Part shown: positions 36,701 to 47,700 of the stretch, piece by piece
Position numbering within the stretch: the stretch's first letter is position 1
Layout: every line of letters begins with the position of its first letter
Assembly: GCA_043228905.1 (NCBI GenBank)
Contig: JBHGNT010000014.1
Coordinates: 15,996,001 to 16,060,000 of the forward strand
Reading direction: 5' to 3'
DNA: 64,000 bases
From: Azolla caroliniana
Taxonomy: Eukaryota > Plantae > Polypodiophyta
Made by a program: the position numbers and the translations under genes
Notes under the pieces: model-generated
Seen by the model: the letters and a program-made list of their open reading frames with translations, nothing else
Database searches by the model: none
Told to the model about the DNA's origin: nothing

Positions 36701-39700
36701 AACATCGTCCTCACTTATTCGTATTTGATGGTAGCCAGTACGGAGATCAAGTTTCGTAAAATACCGAGCTCCCTGGAGACGGTCAATTAGATCGTCAGCC
36801 CGGGGCAATGGGTACGAATTCTTGATCGTCACTTTATTCAAGCGTCGGTAATTAATACACATACGCCATGTGCCCTCTTTCTTTTTAACCAAGAGAACTG
36901 GTGCACCCCATGGAGATTTACTATAACGTATATAACCCATTCGTAAATAGTCCTTAAGTTGCTTAGCTACCTCATCCTCTTCAGATCGACTTAGGCGATA
37001 CGGAGGTATACTAATGGGTGCAATGCCAGGTACAATATCTATACGATGGTCTATATTACGTTTAGGAGGTAAACCATCGGGTAGTTCACTCGGAAAAACA
37101 TCACGGAAATCGTTTACGATTTCATCAAGTTGTTTTTGTTCAAAATATGTTAATTGACCCGAGACATTATCGATAGTGTAAACGTGAATGTCCGGATCAA
37201 GTACACAATAAAATAATGTAGAACAAGACAACTCGGATATTGATGGACACGAGGAAACAATCGAGAGGGATTGTTTTGTTACACATTGAATAAAATGCGT
37301 ACAATCGTTGAGTACAAAAGAAATGGAATGGCGAACCCAATCAATAAATAAAGAAGAGCTTTTATTATAAAACCAGGGATAACCCAGTATTACATCGGTG
37401 GTAATAAGATTCATTACATGGAAGTCTACTTCCTCTATATAGGTATCAATAGAAATTCCTAAAGAATGAATCGCCCCGTTGATGTGTTGTACACTTCCAT
37501 CAGCCAAGTGCACCGTGTAGGTGTGATCACTTACGGTGGGTTGGATTCCCCATATCTGTACCAAACGATCATTCACAAAATTGTGTGAGCTTCCCGAATC
37601 AAATAAAAATTGTACGGGAGATCCATTGATATACCCGTTTGCACGTAGTAAATCATTGGGACCCAATACATAATGAGGGAAAGAACATTGACAATTACTC
37701 AAATGATGTGTATAGACCTGAAGGACATTAGGAATCTGACCTTTATGGTCTGTAGCTTTAGGTTTGGCGTCGTGCTCTTTTCGTTGGAGCTTACGACATT
37801 GCTCTTTTGTATGACCCTTCTTTTTGTAGAATACGCAAAAAGGATGTTGTCGCTTATAATCGCGATCCATGAATTCGTTGGGTGTCTTGCGTTTCCCAAC
37901 GAATTGCGACTGCTTAGTCCCGGGCGCTTCGTTGGGTTTGTTATGGTCCTTCTTCGAAGTGCGTTGATAGCGAAGAACTATCTCAACGGCCTCTTCGAAG
38001 GATTTTGGATCCTTATCGTGCACTATCCAGTGATAGTCCGAATTGGGGATGCCATTGACAAAACAAGCTATTAACCAATTGTCCCCTTCTAGACCCGATT
38101 TTTGGATTTGGGTTCTAGCATGGTGGACATAATCTTCTAGCGAGGAAAACTTCCTGCTAGAGAGGTTCATTAAAGCTTGTGCTGCCTCGGTTCGAGAGGG
38201 AGGTTGTAGAAATTGACCCTTGAAAACTGTGACAAAGTCTGTCAAGGTCTCGGGCAATCTCCCCAAAGTTCGGAGCCCACGCCACCAAGCGGCGGCCTTA
38301 CCCCCTAGTTCTCGGCCGACATATGCAATCTTCGTACTATCTGGCGTGGGATAGAGCTCAAAATGAGACTCCCATCGGCCCAGCCACGTGCAGATTGCTT
38401 CTTCGGTTCTTTCCTTTTTATCTCCCGTAAATGGCTTTACGACAAATGATGGTTCACCCTGACGCTCATCAGGTCTATTAATCTCATTTTGGAGACTAAT
38501 GACTCGTGCCTCGAGAGCACTTTGAGATTGCCGAAATTCGGTCAACTGCTGCGCGGTTGAACTAAGGAAATGTTGTACTTGTAAAATATACGCCTCAATG
38601 GACATTGTCCCAGGAGGATTTCCTTGAGGTCTTTCCGCTTGAGCGGAGGGCATCGGGTCGTTATTCTGAGCCATTGAATGATTATTTCTGGCAAAGAAAT
38701 AAGATAAGGTCAGACAAATAGTCATAACATCTTGTCGTGGTGTAAACATATCATGGGCAAACATTAATCGATATCATGATCTCACGTCAATACCCCTCTA
38801 GACGTATGAGATGAGGTTCAAGATCAGGTTACTATGGTAACACAGAGGTGTTTTAAAAACCATGGGGGTGACAAATGAATGCCTTTCCCTGATCTCTATA
38901 TCGATTTTTTTCATGGCGGCTCCCCGAGGCTCAACCATGTATGTTCGCGTCATGAATAGTTTATACACGAAAAAAATGTTAACAATAACTATGTTTCTGT
39001 GCCCACATATGTGGTTTCGGCTCTTTAAGTCCTATTACGAGGACCCCGAAGTGCACTTAGACCTAAAGTCTAAACATGTATTATAGTCATATGTATCAAC
39101 GATGTTGTATGGTGTTGGTCATATTTGAACTCGAGACCTCGAGGACAAATACATTAAACACTTGAGCCAACCAAGTAGATTGCGCGTCTTGAATGTTTAA
39201 TGTTTGAGGCGTATTCGAGATATGCGAGGCATTTGCCCCTATATGTTTTTTTTAAAAGAAACATATAGGTCAAGTGGCCTTATTTCTCCCTCATTTATTA
39301 CCCACTATGGTTGTACGCTACCTACCCTCAAGCCTCGTAAGTACAATGGCATATGCCAAAGTGTAACCTAATGGTCAAGCCGAATGAGCCCTTGTGTCTT
39401 CGTAGGCTCATGTGGCCCATCACATGGTCACGTCATTACGAATGGCGCTCGTAAGAACGAGCTCATGGTGGCATCGTATCCATGTAACGAGGGGAGATGT
39501 TGGATACGTGTGTCATTAGAGCGACCCTACTTGATGTGGATCAAGCCCGACGTATTCAACATCATTTTGGCTATATGAGGTTCGTTACGTAACGAAACAT
39601 CAAAGTGACCAACGGGAATTTCAACAATAAAAATTGTTGATAAAAGGGATGGTGACAACGCCATTCTCACAAAAATGTGAGGACGGCCACCAAAATCCTC

Positions 39701-40838
39701 TCCCCAATTAGGAAAACATTTGATATGAATCACGTAATCTAAAATATACACATATGTCAATATATCACATATATACGATCAGAGACGTATATAAGTGACC
39801 ACAGATGCGTATACTAAATGAATCGTTTTTTTTATATAGCCAACAATGATGTATTCGGGATACGTAATCGAGGCATATACCTCTACGCACACGAAACATC
39901 CGAAAATAAGGTTAAGCGTAATTCGCAATTGAGGTATTGACCTCTTACGCATAGTAAATCCAACGCATATCCTTTCGAACGAATCGAGGTATTGACCTCG
40001 TACGCGAACGTAACATATGTTCGTGAACGTAATACGCAATTGAGGTAGTAACCTCGTACGCATACGACACTCATCACATATGATTTATATGTCAAACGAG
40101 GTATTGACCTCGTGGACATATGTAAACGTTTAAGATAACCAATTAAATACCACGTCAACATCATTGAATATATGAAAAAAAAACTACATATTAAGTATAC
40201 ACATGTATAGAAGGGAGAAGAAAAATTAGATAAAAAATTAAGGAAAATTTACTGAAGTTCTTTCGCTAATCCTTGTCTGCATGAAGGCGACCGCACAACG
40301 ATCAATCGCCATCCCACGCGAAGACAAAAAGAAAACCAAAAGAAACGTTAGTACATAGGCTCTGATACCAAATATTAGAGATTAGGTACTAAAGTAAGCA
40401 TAAAATAAGGATATATCAATGATAGATCTAGAAAGAATAGAGAGAAAAGAGAGAAAGAAGGGTGCCGATCCACCCGACCACCCCCGAGCGAAGGGATCGA
40501 GACGGACTCGAGCCTCGATCGGCGTCCCATACCACCGCCTTGGCGTCAAGTCGTACCTGGACGATAGCGCGCTTGCTACAAGAGTCGTTCCACTCACGGA
40601 CAGAGTCTCGACGTAGTCAATGCATGCCCCAAATGAGGGTAGCTAGGCCTCTTATTTATAGTAATTCTCAAGGCCCCCAGCCATGTTCACACTTGGCCTC
40701 ATGGGTTGTCTCAATCCCGAGGATTAAAAGTAATCCTCCCCTTCTTTAGACTCTTTGTTTAACCCTCACACTTATCCACGTGTATAGAATACTACGACAA
40801 TTCTCACCACGGGATATTATATGGTCATGCCCGTAACA
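33789..40838 (-). mobile_element. Full-length Ty3/Gypsy chromovirus C (Reina/Tekay-like); nest level 5
   Basis: LTRs 40838-40373 and 34254-33789 (466 bp, about 3 differences by eye). TSD GAATC at 33784-33788 and 40839-40843. tRNA-iMet PBS TGGTATCAGAGCC, PPT AAGAGGGGGAG. Confidence 0.97.
34241..38764 (-). CDS. Gag-Pol polyprotein of element C (single open frame, 1507 aa from first ATG)
   Basis: Gag, protease [13 protein letters not shown] ([13 protein letters not shown]), RNase H (ETDASDY), integrase ([21 protein letters not shown]), and chromodomain VPERILD..FKIKW..ATWE. The stop lies inside the 3' LTR. Confidence 0.95.
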   Translation of the reverse strand: MFAHDMFTPRQDVMTICLTLSYFFARNNHSMAQNNDPMPSAQAERPQGNPPGTMSIEAYILQVQHFLSSTAQQLTEFRQSQSALEARVISLQNEINRPDERQGEPSFVVKPFTGDKKERTEEAICTWLGRWESHFELYPTPDSTKIAYVGRELGGKAAAWWRGLRTLGRLPETLTDFVTVFKGQFLQPPSRTEAAQALMNLSSRKFSSLEDYVHHARTQIQKSGLEGDNWLIACFVNGIPNSDYHWIVHDKDPKSFEEAVEIVLRYQRTSKKDHNKPNEAPGTKQSQFVGKRKTPNEFMDRDYKRQHPFCVFYKKKGHTKEQCRKLQRKEHDAKPKATDHKGQIPNVLQVYTHHLSNCQCSFPHYVLGPNDLLRANGYINGSPVQFLFDSGSSHNFVNDRLVQIWGIQPTVSDHTYTVHLADGSVQHINGAIHSLGISIDTYIEEVDFHVMNLITTDVILGYPWFYNKSSSLFIDWVRHSISFVLNDCTHFIQCVTKQSLSIVSSCPSISELSCSTLFYCVLDPDIHVYTIDNVSGQLTYFEQKQLDEIVNDFRDVFPSELPDGLPPKRNIDHRIDIVPGIAPISIPPYRLSRSEEDEVAKQLKDYLRMGYIRYSKSPWGAPVLLVKKKEGTWRMCINYRRLNKVTIKNSYPLPRADDLIDRLQGARYFTKLDLRTGYHQIRISEDDVPKTTFRTRYGHHEFLVMPFGLTNAPATFQQEMNDIFREQLGKFVVIFLDDILVYSRTLQEHARHVRFVLQILRDKQFYAKISKCEFFKKSITYLGHLITERGVEIDPSRIEKIKLWPTLRNIREVRSFLGFVGFLRKSLRNYSQLTTPFTDLLKGQTRKSTKPIVWNATLDLAFKELKDLVCKAPSLLLPDPSKPFEVETDASDYAIGAILYQDGKPIAFESKKLDSAQCRYTVQEKELFAVIHALKTWRHYLYGNRFVVTTDHESLKYFCDQQDMKGRKARWADLIQDFDFSIQYRKGSMNTVADALSRIREVNMLSFTEITSDLYDHLRGKYPDDNYFAKYWARVESGTDTTTPSKEYFHIANGLLYRNGKVCVPDLPEVKKRILFECHDAPSAGHPGIHRTLVLISTQFYWPKMRPDIHSYVTKCHQCQVNKAERLKAAGLLHPLDIPNNKWESISMDFIVSLPRTQKGHDAIWVVVDRLTKMARFIATKTTVTAPELAYQFVDELFRFYGLPMDIVSDRDPKFTSDFWTQVFKKLETTLSMSSTDHPQSDGQTERVNQIIEDMLRAYVGAKPTKWERYLPILEFAYNSSKHTSTGYSPFMLMYGFQPRAPIDVNIHHDELRSTQNFLRDMQDMLHIARDNIKTAQDRARFYADHHRQPRVFSPGQKVFLRVPHNSKTLSTGKCAKLAPRFCGPFTVLKRIGSSAYRLALPDGVGIHLVFHVSRLKELLGSGDNTVTTETLVTSEDLSSKPHVPERILDVKTKKLRAKEIREFKIKWMDKSIKDATWEREMTLRTNFPNFPLQECNVLKRGSMLRA

Positions 40839-41994
40839 GAATCACTCATGCACCGATGGATCGACCCATTCACCGTGGTTCATGCAATCAAATCCACGAC
40901 TTACTTGCTCCGACACAATTCCAATGGTCGATTCACCTCCGCCCATGTTGCCCGCATCAAGCCCTATGCTACCCCAAGTCCATCTTCTAGCGCTCGTCTT
41001 TTCCCCATGTTGTAAAACTCCTTGTTTCTCTCAAGGGGGAAATGTAGTGTCCCTTGGATGCAAGTGCATGCCTTCATGTTGGGTGTGCATGTGTTCCTTT
41101 GTGCCCCTTTTAGCATACCTTTGTTTAGCATGCATGCCTTCATGTTATGGTGTACATGTGTTCCGTTGAGCCACCCTTTTAGCATACCCTTGTTCGGATG
41201 CATGTAGATAAGTAAAACCAACCCAAATGGGTACCTTTGTACGACTATAAATTGAATAGGAAGTAAGAAGTTAAGCAAGCTGGTTTGGATTCCATTTATG
41301 TGCATTTCACAATATGTAGAGTCTCCGTGTCATTTATGATGATCAATTATGATAAGTATGATAATCAAATTTATGATAAGTATGATGACAAAATTTATGA
41401 AAAGTATGATGACAAAATTTATGATGAGTATGATGATTAATATCAATAAAAAATGGTTTGGTTTTGATTTATGATAAACCGGTTTGGTTTGGTTTTAAAT
41501 TTTTCGTAAACGGTTTGGTTTAAATGGCTTCATAAATTTTAAAACAGTTTGGTTTGGTTTGGTTTCAAGGCCAAGAAACCGAACCGAACCGAAACCGAAC
41601 TGGGCTCATTGCTACATGCAATGCAAGATTGCCATTTGGTGCTCATGCATCGCATGTGATGCATGATAACCATGTCACTCATTCAAGCTCTTATGTATGA
41701 GAATTTATATGAGAAAAGCACAATGATGAAAATAGGGTTTAAAGAAACAACCTTAGTTTAATGGTAAGTAAATTGTCTCCTATCTTGGAGGTGTAATGTT
41801 CAGAACCTTACTCTCACCTTTTTGTATGCCACTAGGCCATAGGCTTATTTTTTATATTTGGTGTAATGAGCACCTAAACACACATCACACGTGCACATTA
41901 ACGTGCTAACATACGAATACATGTGCATATTGCACTTTCTCGATTTTGTCTGTTCCACGTGATTTTCACATCGTTGCCGAAAATCTTCATGACA

Positions 41995-44280
41995 ATGGCT
42001 CGGTAAACCGCTACAAAGCATGACTTGTAGCAAAAGGATATGCTCAAATGCACAGAGTCGATTACGAGGAGACCTTTGCCCTGAATCAATGTTGGTTATT
42101 CATACAATCATTGCACTCGCAACCACTAAAGGGCAACACCTCCATCAAATGAACATGAAGAACGCCTTTCTTCAAGGCGAACTAGAAGAGGAGGTTTTCA
42201 TGATTCAATCACCCAGTTTCAAACTGACTAACCACCCGACTGCAATTTGCCAACACAAGAAGCCGTTGTATGGACTCAAGCAAGCACCGCGTGCTTGGAA
42301 TTCAAAGATTACTCAATCTCTTCACCAAATCGGCTTCCGAATGTCGAAATCGGACATAAAAAGCGATTTCGAAAGCGATTTTGTCATCATCATGTACGTG
42401 GATGATTTGGTCATTGGAGGAGAGAATCTAGCTGACATCAATAAGGTCAAATCCCTCAGTCCGATAGATTTGAAATGAAAGACATACAGGAGCTTCATTA
42501 CTTCCTCGGTATAAAAGTAATTCGGACACCAATCGAGCTCATTATCTCTGTTAAGAATCTATTATTAATCAATAGACCAAAGTAAAGTAACAATAAGGTA
42601 AATAAATTGGATAGAAGAACCCATTCCACCCGACCACCCCCGAGCTCTGATCTAGACATAGCCAACCTACCACCAACGTCCCATACCGCTGGATATTAGG
42701 ATGACTAATACCTTGGAAGAGATAAACACGATCATTGTGACGAAAGCCTAGCCCGCACCACCAGTGTCTAAGACAACAACCTTTCGACGTAATGTCCTTA
42801 TGAGGGTATAGATGTGCCTTGAATAGATGTGCCTTTCTAAAAGGTTCTCCATTCATTGGTTGACCAAATCATGATAGTGCATGCAGCTATCATTCCTTCT
42901 ATCCAATCACATTAGTCCCCTTTTTAACATTAGTGAACATACCCTTCACTTATGTAAATATTAGTGACCTACCCTCACCTATGTTATGTGTACATAACAA
43001 TCTCCCAACGACACTACATCCTCAACTTGTTATACAAGTTCGGGATGACAAAGTGCAAACCTATGTCAACCCCTCCCGATCAAAACCTAAAGCTCAATGT
43101 TGACTCTAGGGCAGAAGAGTGTGAGCTGACTCAGTATCGTCAGTTGATCGGTAGCTTAATGTATCTTACCATCACACGACCCGACCTCAGCTATTTGGTC
43201 GGTCTACTTAGCCAATTCATGCAAAAACCTCAGAATATTCATCTGGATTCTACTAAGAGAGTACTCATATACGTTAGTGGGACGATGGATTATGGCATCC
43301 TGTATAAGTCAGAAACGGTCATTCGACTCGAAGGGAACACAAATGCAAACTAGGCCAGCTACAAGGACGATAGACAATCAACCTCGGGATTTATCTTCTC
43401 CCTCGATAGTGGAGCTATATCCTGGAGCAACAAAAAGCAACCGATAGTTGCACTATTGAGCATAGAAGCCGAATATAGGGGTGTGGTTGTCATAGCATGT
43501 GAAGCCATTTGGTTGAAGAGAATATTGACGGATTTGGGCATTCCCATCAAGGATCCGATTTTCCTTTACCATGAACAATATTCATTTGGCTCGGAACTTG
43601 GTGCTCCACGCGGGCATGAAGCATATCGAAGTGCACTATCACTTCATCCAAGAGCGTGTTTAGGCTAGAGATGTTGATCTATGACACATCGGCACGAACC
43701 TTCAAGTAGTTGACATCTTCACAAAATCCTTAGGACTCGACAAGCTCAAGCAATTTATATTGGACCTTGGCCTAAAGATGGCCGCATTGCCGAGCTTGAG
43801 GGGGAGTACAACACAACCGACGAGTACAACGTGGCAACCGCATATCAGCCTACAAGTCGATCGAGGTTTACCAAAGGAGTAGTCGAAGTTGCATCACAAC
43901 TGACCAAGGGGAGTCGAAGCACGAAGCCAAACTTATTAGATAGGCTAGTTGAACAAGGAGCACGAAGTAAGTCGGACGAAGGAGAACATATACTAGTCGA
44001 TCAGTCAAAGCCGACCCGACCAACCTTCTTCTCAGAGAACTGAGGAATTCAAAAAGCCAAAATGAGCCAAACAACATGATAACTTTCCGACGACCGGAAG
44101 TTGTGTTTGAAGGGGCGTATTGAGAGTCAAACCCAACTTCCCCGATGTAATGGGTTTCACACTAGCAATAGGACACACTAAGTTCATGCTAGTTTTGTAA
44201 ATAGTAGAAAGGGCAGTTGCCCTGTAATTTAGTTATTGTTGGATATATTTTTTGTTGTAATTGTTTCTTGCTAATACAAC
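41995..44280 (+). mobile_element. Degenerate Ty1/Copia element, right part (RT, RNase H, PPT, probable 3' LTR)
   Basis: LVAKGYAQ..VDYEETFA, NAFLQGELEEEV, LYGLKQAPRAW, MYVDDL, YRQLIGSLMYLTITRPDL, SWSNKKQPIVALLSIEAEY. PPT-like GAAGGGGCG at ~44110. The LTR end is uncertain. Confidence 0.88.
42549..42999 (-). mobile_element. Solo LTR (451 bp) inserted in the Copia RT, distantly related to the C/D LTR
   Basis: TGTTA...TAACA with TSD ATCTC at 42544-42548 and 43000-43004. Shares TCCACCCGACCACCCCCGAGC and CGTCCCATACC with the C/D LTRs. Confidence 0.9.
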
Positions 44281-44285
44281 TTCTT

Positions 44286-44286
<1 letters not shown>

Positions 44287-44346
<60 letters not shown>

Positions 44347-44371
44347 TTGTCTTACACACACACACACACAC
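44287..44371. repeat. (CT)n and (CA)n microsatellites
   Basis: Direct inspection. Confidence 0.95.
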
Positions 44372-44701
44372 AATTTCCTTCCACTGCACGAGATCACCTA
44401 CACTCTCCATTTCTTTACAAATTTGTTGTTAGAGTTGGATGTGCATCTCTTGTGATTGCTCCACACGATGTTTTGCATATGGGTTTATGGAGATTTCCAT
44501 CTCCACTAAAGAAGACCAAATGTTGTGAAAAAGGAGTTTTTTTTTTTAAACAAAATATCCTTCCATTAGTTTTAAAAAAACACGTAAACTACAATGTTAT
44601 GTTTTCTGTAGAGATTGTGCAACTATTGAAGCCACTCTCTATCCCACAACACCTGATCTGAAAGATCATAGAATGTTTTTTGGTTTTTTCCAAGCTGGCC
44701 A

Positions 44702-47700
44702 TGTTACGGGCATGACCATATAATATCCCGTGGTGAGAATTGTCGTAGTATTCTATACACGTGGATAAGTGTGAGGGTTAAACAAAGAGTCTAAAGAAGG
44801 GGAGGATTACTTTTAATCCTCGGGATTGAGACAACCCATGAGGCCAAGTGTGAACATGGCTGGGGGCCTTGAGAATTACTATAAATAAGAGGCCTAGCTA
44901 CCCTCATTGGGGCATGCATTGACTACGTCGAGACTCTGTCCGTGAGTGGAACGACTCTTGTAGCAAGCGCGCTATCGTCCAGGTACGACTCGACGCCAAG
45001 GCGGTGGTATGGGACGCCGATCGAGGCTCGAGTCCGTCTCGATCCCTTCGCTCGGGGGTGGTCGGGTGGATCGGCACCCTTCTTTCTCTCTTTTCTCTCT
45101 ATTCTTTCTAGATCTATCATTGATATATCCTTATTTTATGCTTACTTTAGTACCTAATCTCTAATATTTGGTATCAGAGCCTATGTACTAACGTTTCTTT
45201 TGGTTTTCTTTTTGTCTTCGCGTGGGATGGCGATTGATCGTTGTGCGGTCGCCTTCATGCAGACAAGGATTAGCGAAAGAACTTCGGTAAATTTTCCTTA
45301 ATTTTTTATCTAATTTTTCTTCTCCCTTCTATACATGTGTATACTTAATATGTAGTTTTTTTTTCATATATTCAATGATGTTGACGTGGTATTTAATTGG
45401 TTATCTTAAACGTTTACATATGTCCACGAGGTCAATACCTCGTTTGACATATAAATCATATGTGATGAGTGTCGTATGCGTACGAGGTTATTACCTCAAT
45501 TGCGTATTACGTTCACGAACATATGTTACGTTCGCGTACGAGGTCAATACCTCGCTTCGTTCGAAATGATATGCGTTGGATTTACTATGCGTAAGAGGTC
45601 AATACCTCAATTGCGAATTACGCTTAACCTTATTTTCGGATGTTTCGTGTGCGTAGAGGTATATGCCTCGATTACGTATCCCGAATACATCATTGTTGGC
45701 TATATAAAAAAAAACGATTCATTTAGTATACGCATATGTGGTCACTTATATACGTCTCTGATCGTATATATGTGATATATTGACATATGTGTATATTTTA
45801 GATTACGTGATTCATATCAAATGTTTTCCTAATTGGGGAGAGGATTTTGGTGGCCGTCCTCACATTTTTGTGAGAATGGCGTTGTCACCATCCCTTTTAT
45901 CAACAATTTTTATTGTTGCAATTCCCGTTGGTCACTTTGATCTTTCGTTACGTAACGAACCTAGTATAGCCAAAATGATGTTGAATACGTCGGGCTTGAT
46001 CCACATCAAGTAGGGTCGCTCTAATGACACACGTATCCAACATCTCCCCTCGTTACATGGATACGATGCCACCATGAGCTCGTTCTTACGAGCGCCATTC
46101 GTAATGACGTGACCATGTGATGGGCCACATGAGCCTACGAAGACACAAGGGCTCATTCGGCTTGACCATTAGGTTACACTTTGGCATATGCCATTGTACT
46201 TACGAGGCTTGAGGGTAGGTAGCGTACAACCATAGTGGGTAATAAATGAGGGAGAAATAAGGCCACTTGACCTATATGTTTCTTTTAAAAAAAACATATA
46301 GGGGCAAATGCCTCGCATATCTCGAATACGCCTCAAACATTAAACATTCAAGACGCGCAATCTACTTGGTTGGCTCAAGTGTTTAATGTATTTGTCCTCG
46401 AGGTCTCGAGTTCAAATATGACCAACACCATACAACATCGTTGATACATATGACTATAATACATGTTTAGACTTTAGGTCTAAGTGCACTTCGGGGTCCT
46501 CGTAATAGGACTTAAAGAGCCGAAACCACATATGTGGGCACAGAAACATAGTTATTGTTAACATTTTTTTCGTGTATAAACTATTCATGACGCGAACATA
46601 CATGGTTGAGCCTCGGGGAGCCGCCATGAAAAAAATCGATATAGAGATCAGGGAAAGGCATTCATTTGTCACCCCCATGGTTTTTAAAACACCTCTGTGT
46701 TACCATAGTAACCTGATCTTGAACCTCATCTCATACGTCTAGAGGGGTATTGACGTGAGATCATGATATCGATTAATGTTTGCCCATGATATGTTTACAC
46801 CACGACAAGATGTTATGACTATTTGTCTGACCTTATCTTATTTCTTTGCCAGAAATAATCATTCAATGGCTCAGAATAACGACCCGATGCCCTCCGCTCA
46901 AGCGGAAAGACCTCAAGGAAATCCTCCTGGGACAATGTCCATTGAGGCGTATATTTTACAAGTACAACATTTCCTTAGTTCAACCGCGCAGCAGTTGACC
47001 GAATTTCGGCAATCTCAAAGTGCTCTCGAGGCACGAGTCATTAGTCTCCAAAATGAGATTAATAGACCTGATGAGCGTCAGGGTGAACCATCATTTGTCG
47101 TAAAGCCATTTACGGGAGATAAAAAGGAAAGAACCGAAGAAGCAATCTGCACGTGGCTGGGCCGATGGGAGTCTCATTTTGAGCTCTATCCCACGCCAGA
47201 TAGTACGAAGATTGCATATGTCGGCCGAGAACTAGGGGGTAAGGCCGCCGCTTGGTGGCGTGGGCTCCGAACTTTGGGGAGATTGCCCGAGACCTTGACA
47301 GACTTTGTCACAGTTTTCAAGGGTCAATTTCTACAACCTCCCTCTCGAACCGAGGCAGCACAAGCTTTAATGAACCTCTCTAGCAGGAAGTTTTCCTCGC
47401 TAGAAGATTATGTCCACCATGCTAGAACCCAAATCCAAAAATCGGGTCTAGAAGGGGACAGTTGGTTAATAGCTTGTTTTGTCAATGGCATCCCCAATTC
47501 GGACTATCACTGGATAGTGCACGATAAGGATCCAAAATCCTTCGAAGAGGCCGTTGAGATAGTTCTTCGCTATCAACGCACTTCGAAGAAGGACCATAAC
47601 AAACCCAACGAAGCGCCCGGGACTAAGCAGTCGCAATTCGTTGGGAAACGCAAGACACCCAACGAATTCATGGATCGCGATTATAAGCGACAACATCCTT

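Larger units (their letters stand above)
25418..41311 (+). mobile_element. Ty3/Gypsy element A (non-chromovirus, RT deleted); nest level 4
   Basis: LTRs 25418-25661 and 41043-41311 (TGT...ACA), TSD ATAT, PBS TGGTGGAGAAGCGGGGTA, PPT AAGGGGGAAA. Gag has CFYCHNYGHVRRYC, protease LLDSGSS, RNase H (TDASNHGLG), integrase (HPLLGHLG..CAMCQ; GWDFMGPF). Interrupted at 28645 and 33788. Confidence 0.92.
25127..41614. mobile_element. Non-autonomous hAT-type DNA transposon (~590 bp net: 25127-25417 + 41316-41614); nest level 3
   Basis: 8-bp TSD CATGCAAT at 25119-25126 and 41615-41622. TIRs TAACAATGGGCC / GGGCTCATTGCTA. Many subterminal AACCG/CGGTT motifs. Confidence 0.88.
24578..41994 (-). mobile_element. 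Solo-LTR-like insertion (~0.9 kb net: 24578-25126 + 41623-41994); nest level 2
   Basis: Starts TGT and ends ACA. Splits the Copia RT codons NANG|SVNRYKA with an imperfect 4-bp duplication ACGG/ATGG. No ORF. Orientation is inferred from a TATA-like motif at ~25072. Confidence 0.65.

Noticed and set aside
40839-44701. Inversion of the segment between C and D
   Set aside because: TSD pairs and host reading frames are intact on both sides of each element.
45428-45669. Calling the hairpin array a true CRISPR array
   Set aside because: Eukaryotic retrotransposon leader, no cas genes, degenerate repeats, and spacers partly related to each other. Kept only as a structural finding.
44923-46678. Short ORFs recurring in the LTRs and leaders of C and D
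   Set aside because: They recur only because the elements are near-identical, and none has a recognisable motif.
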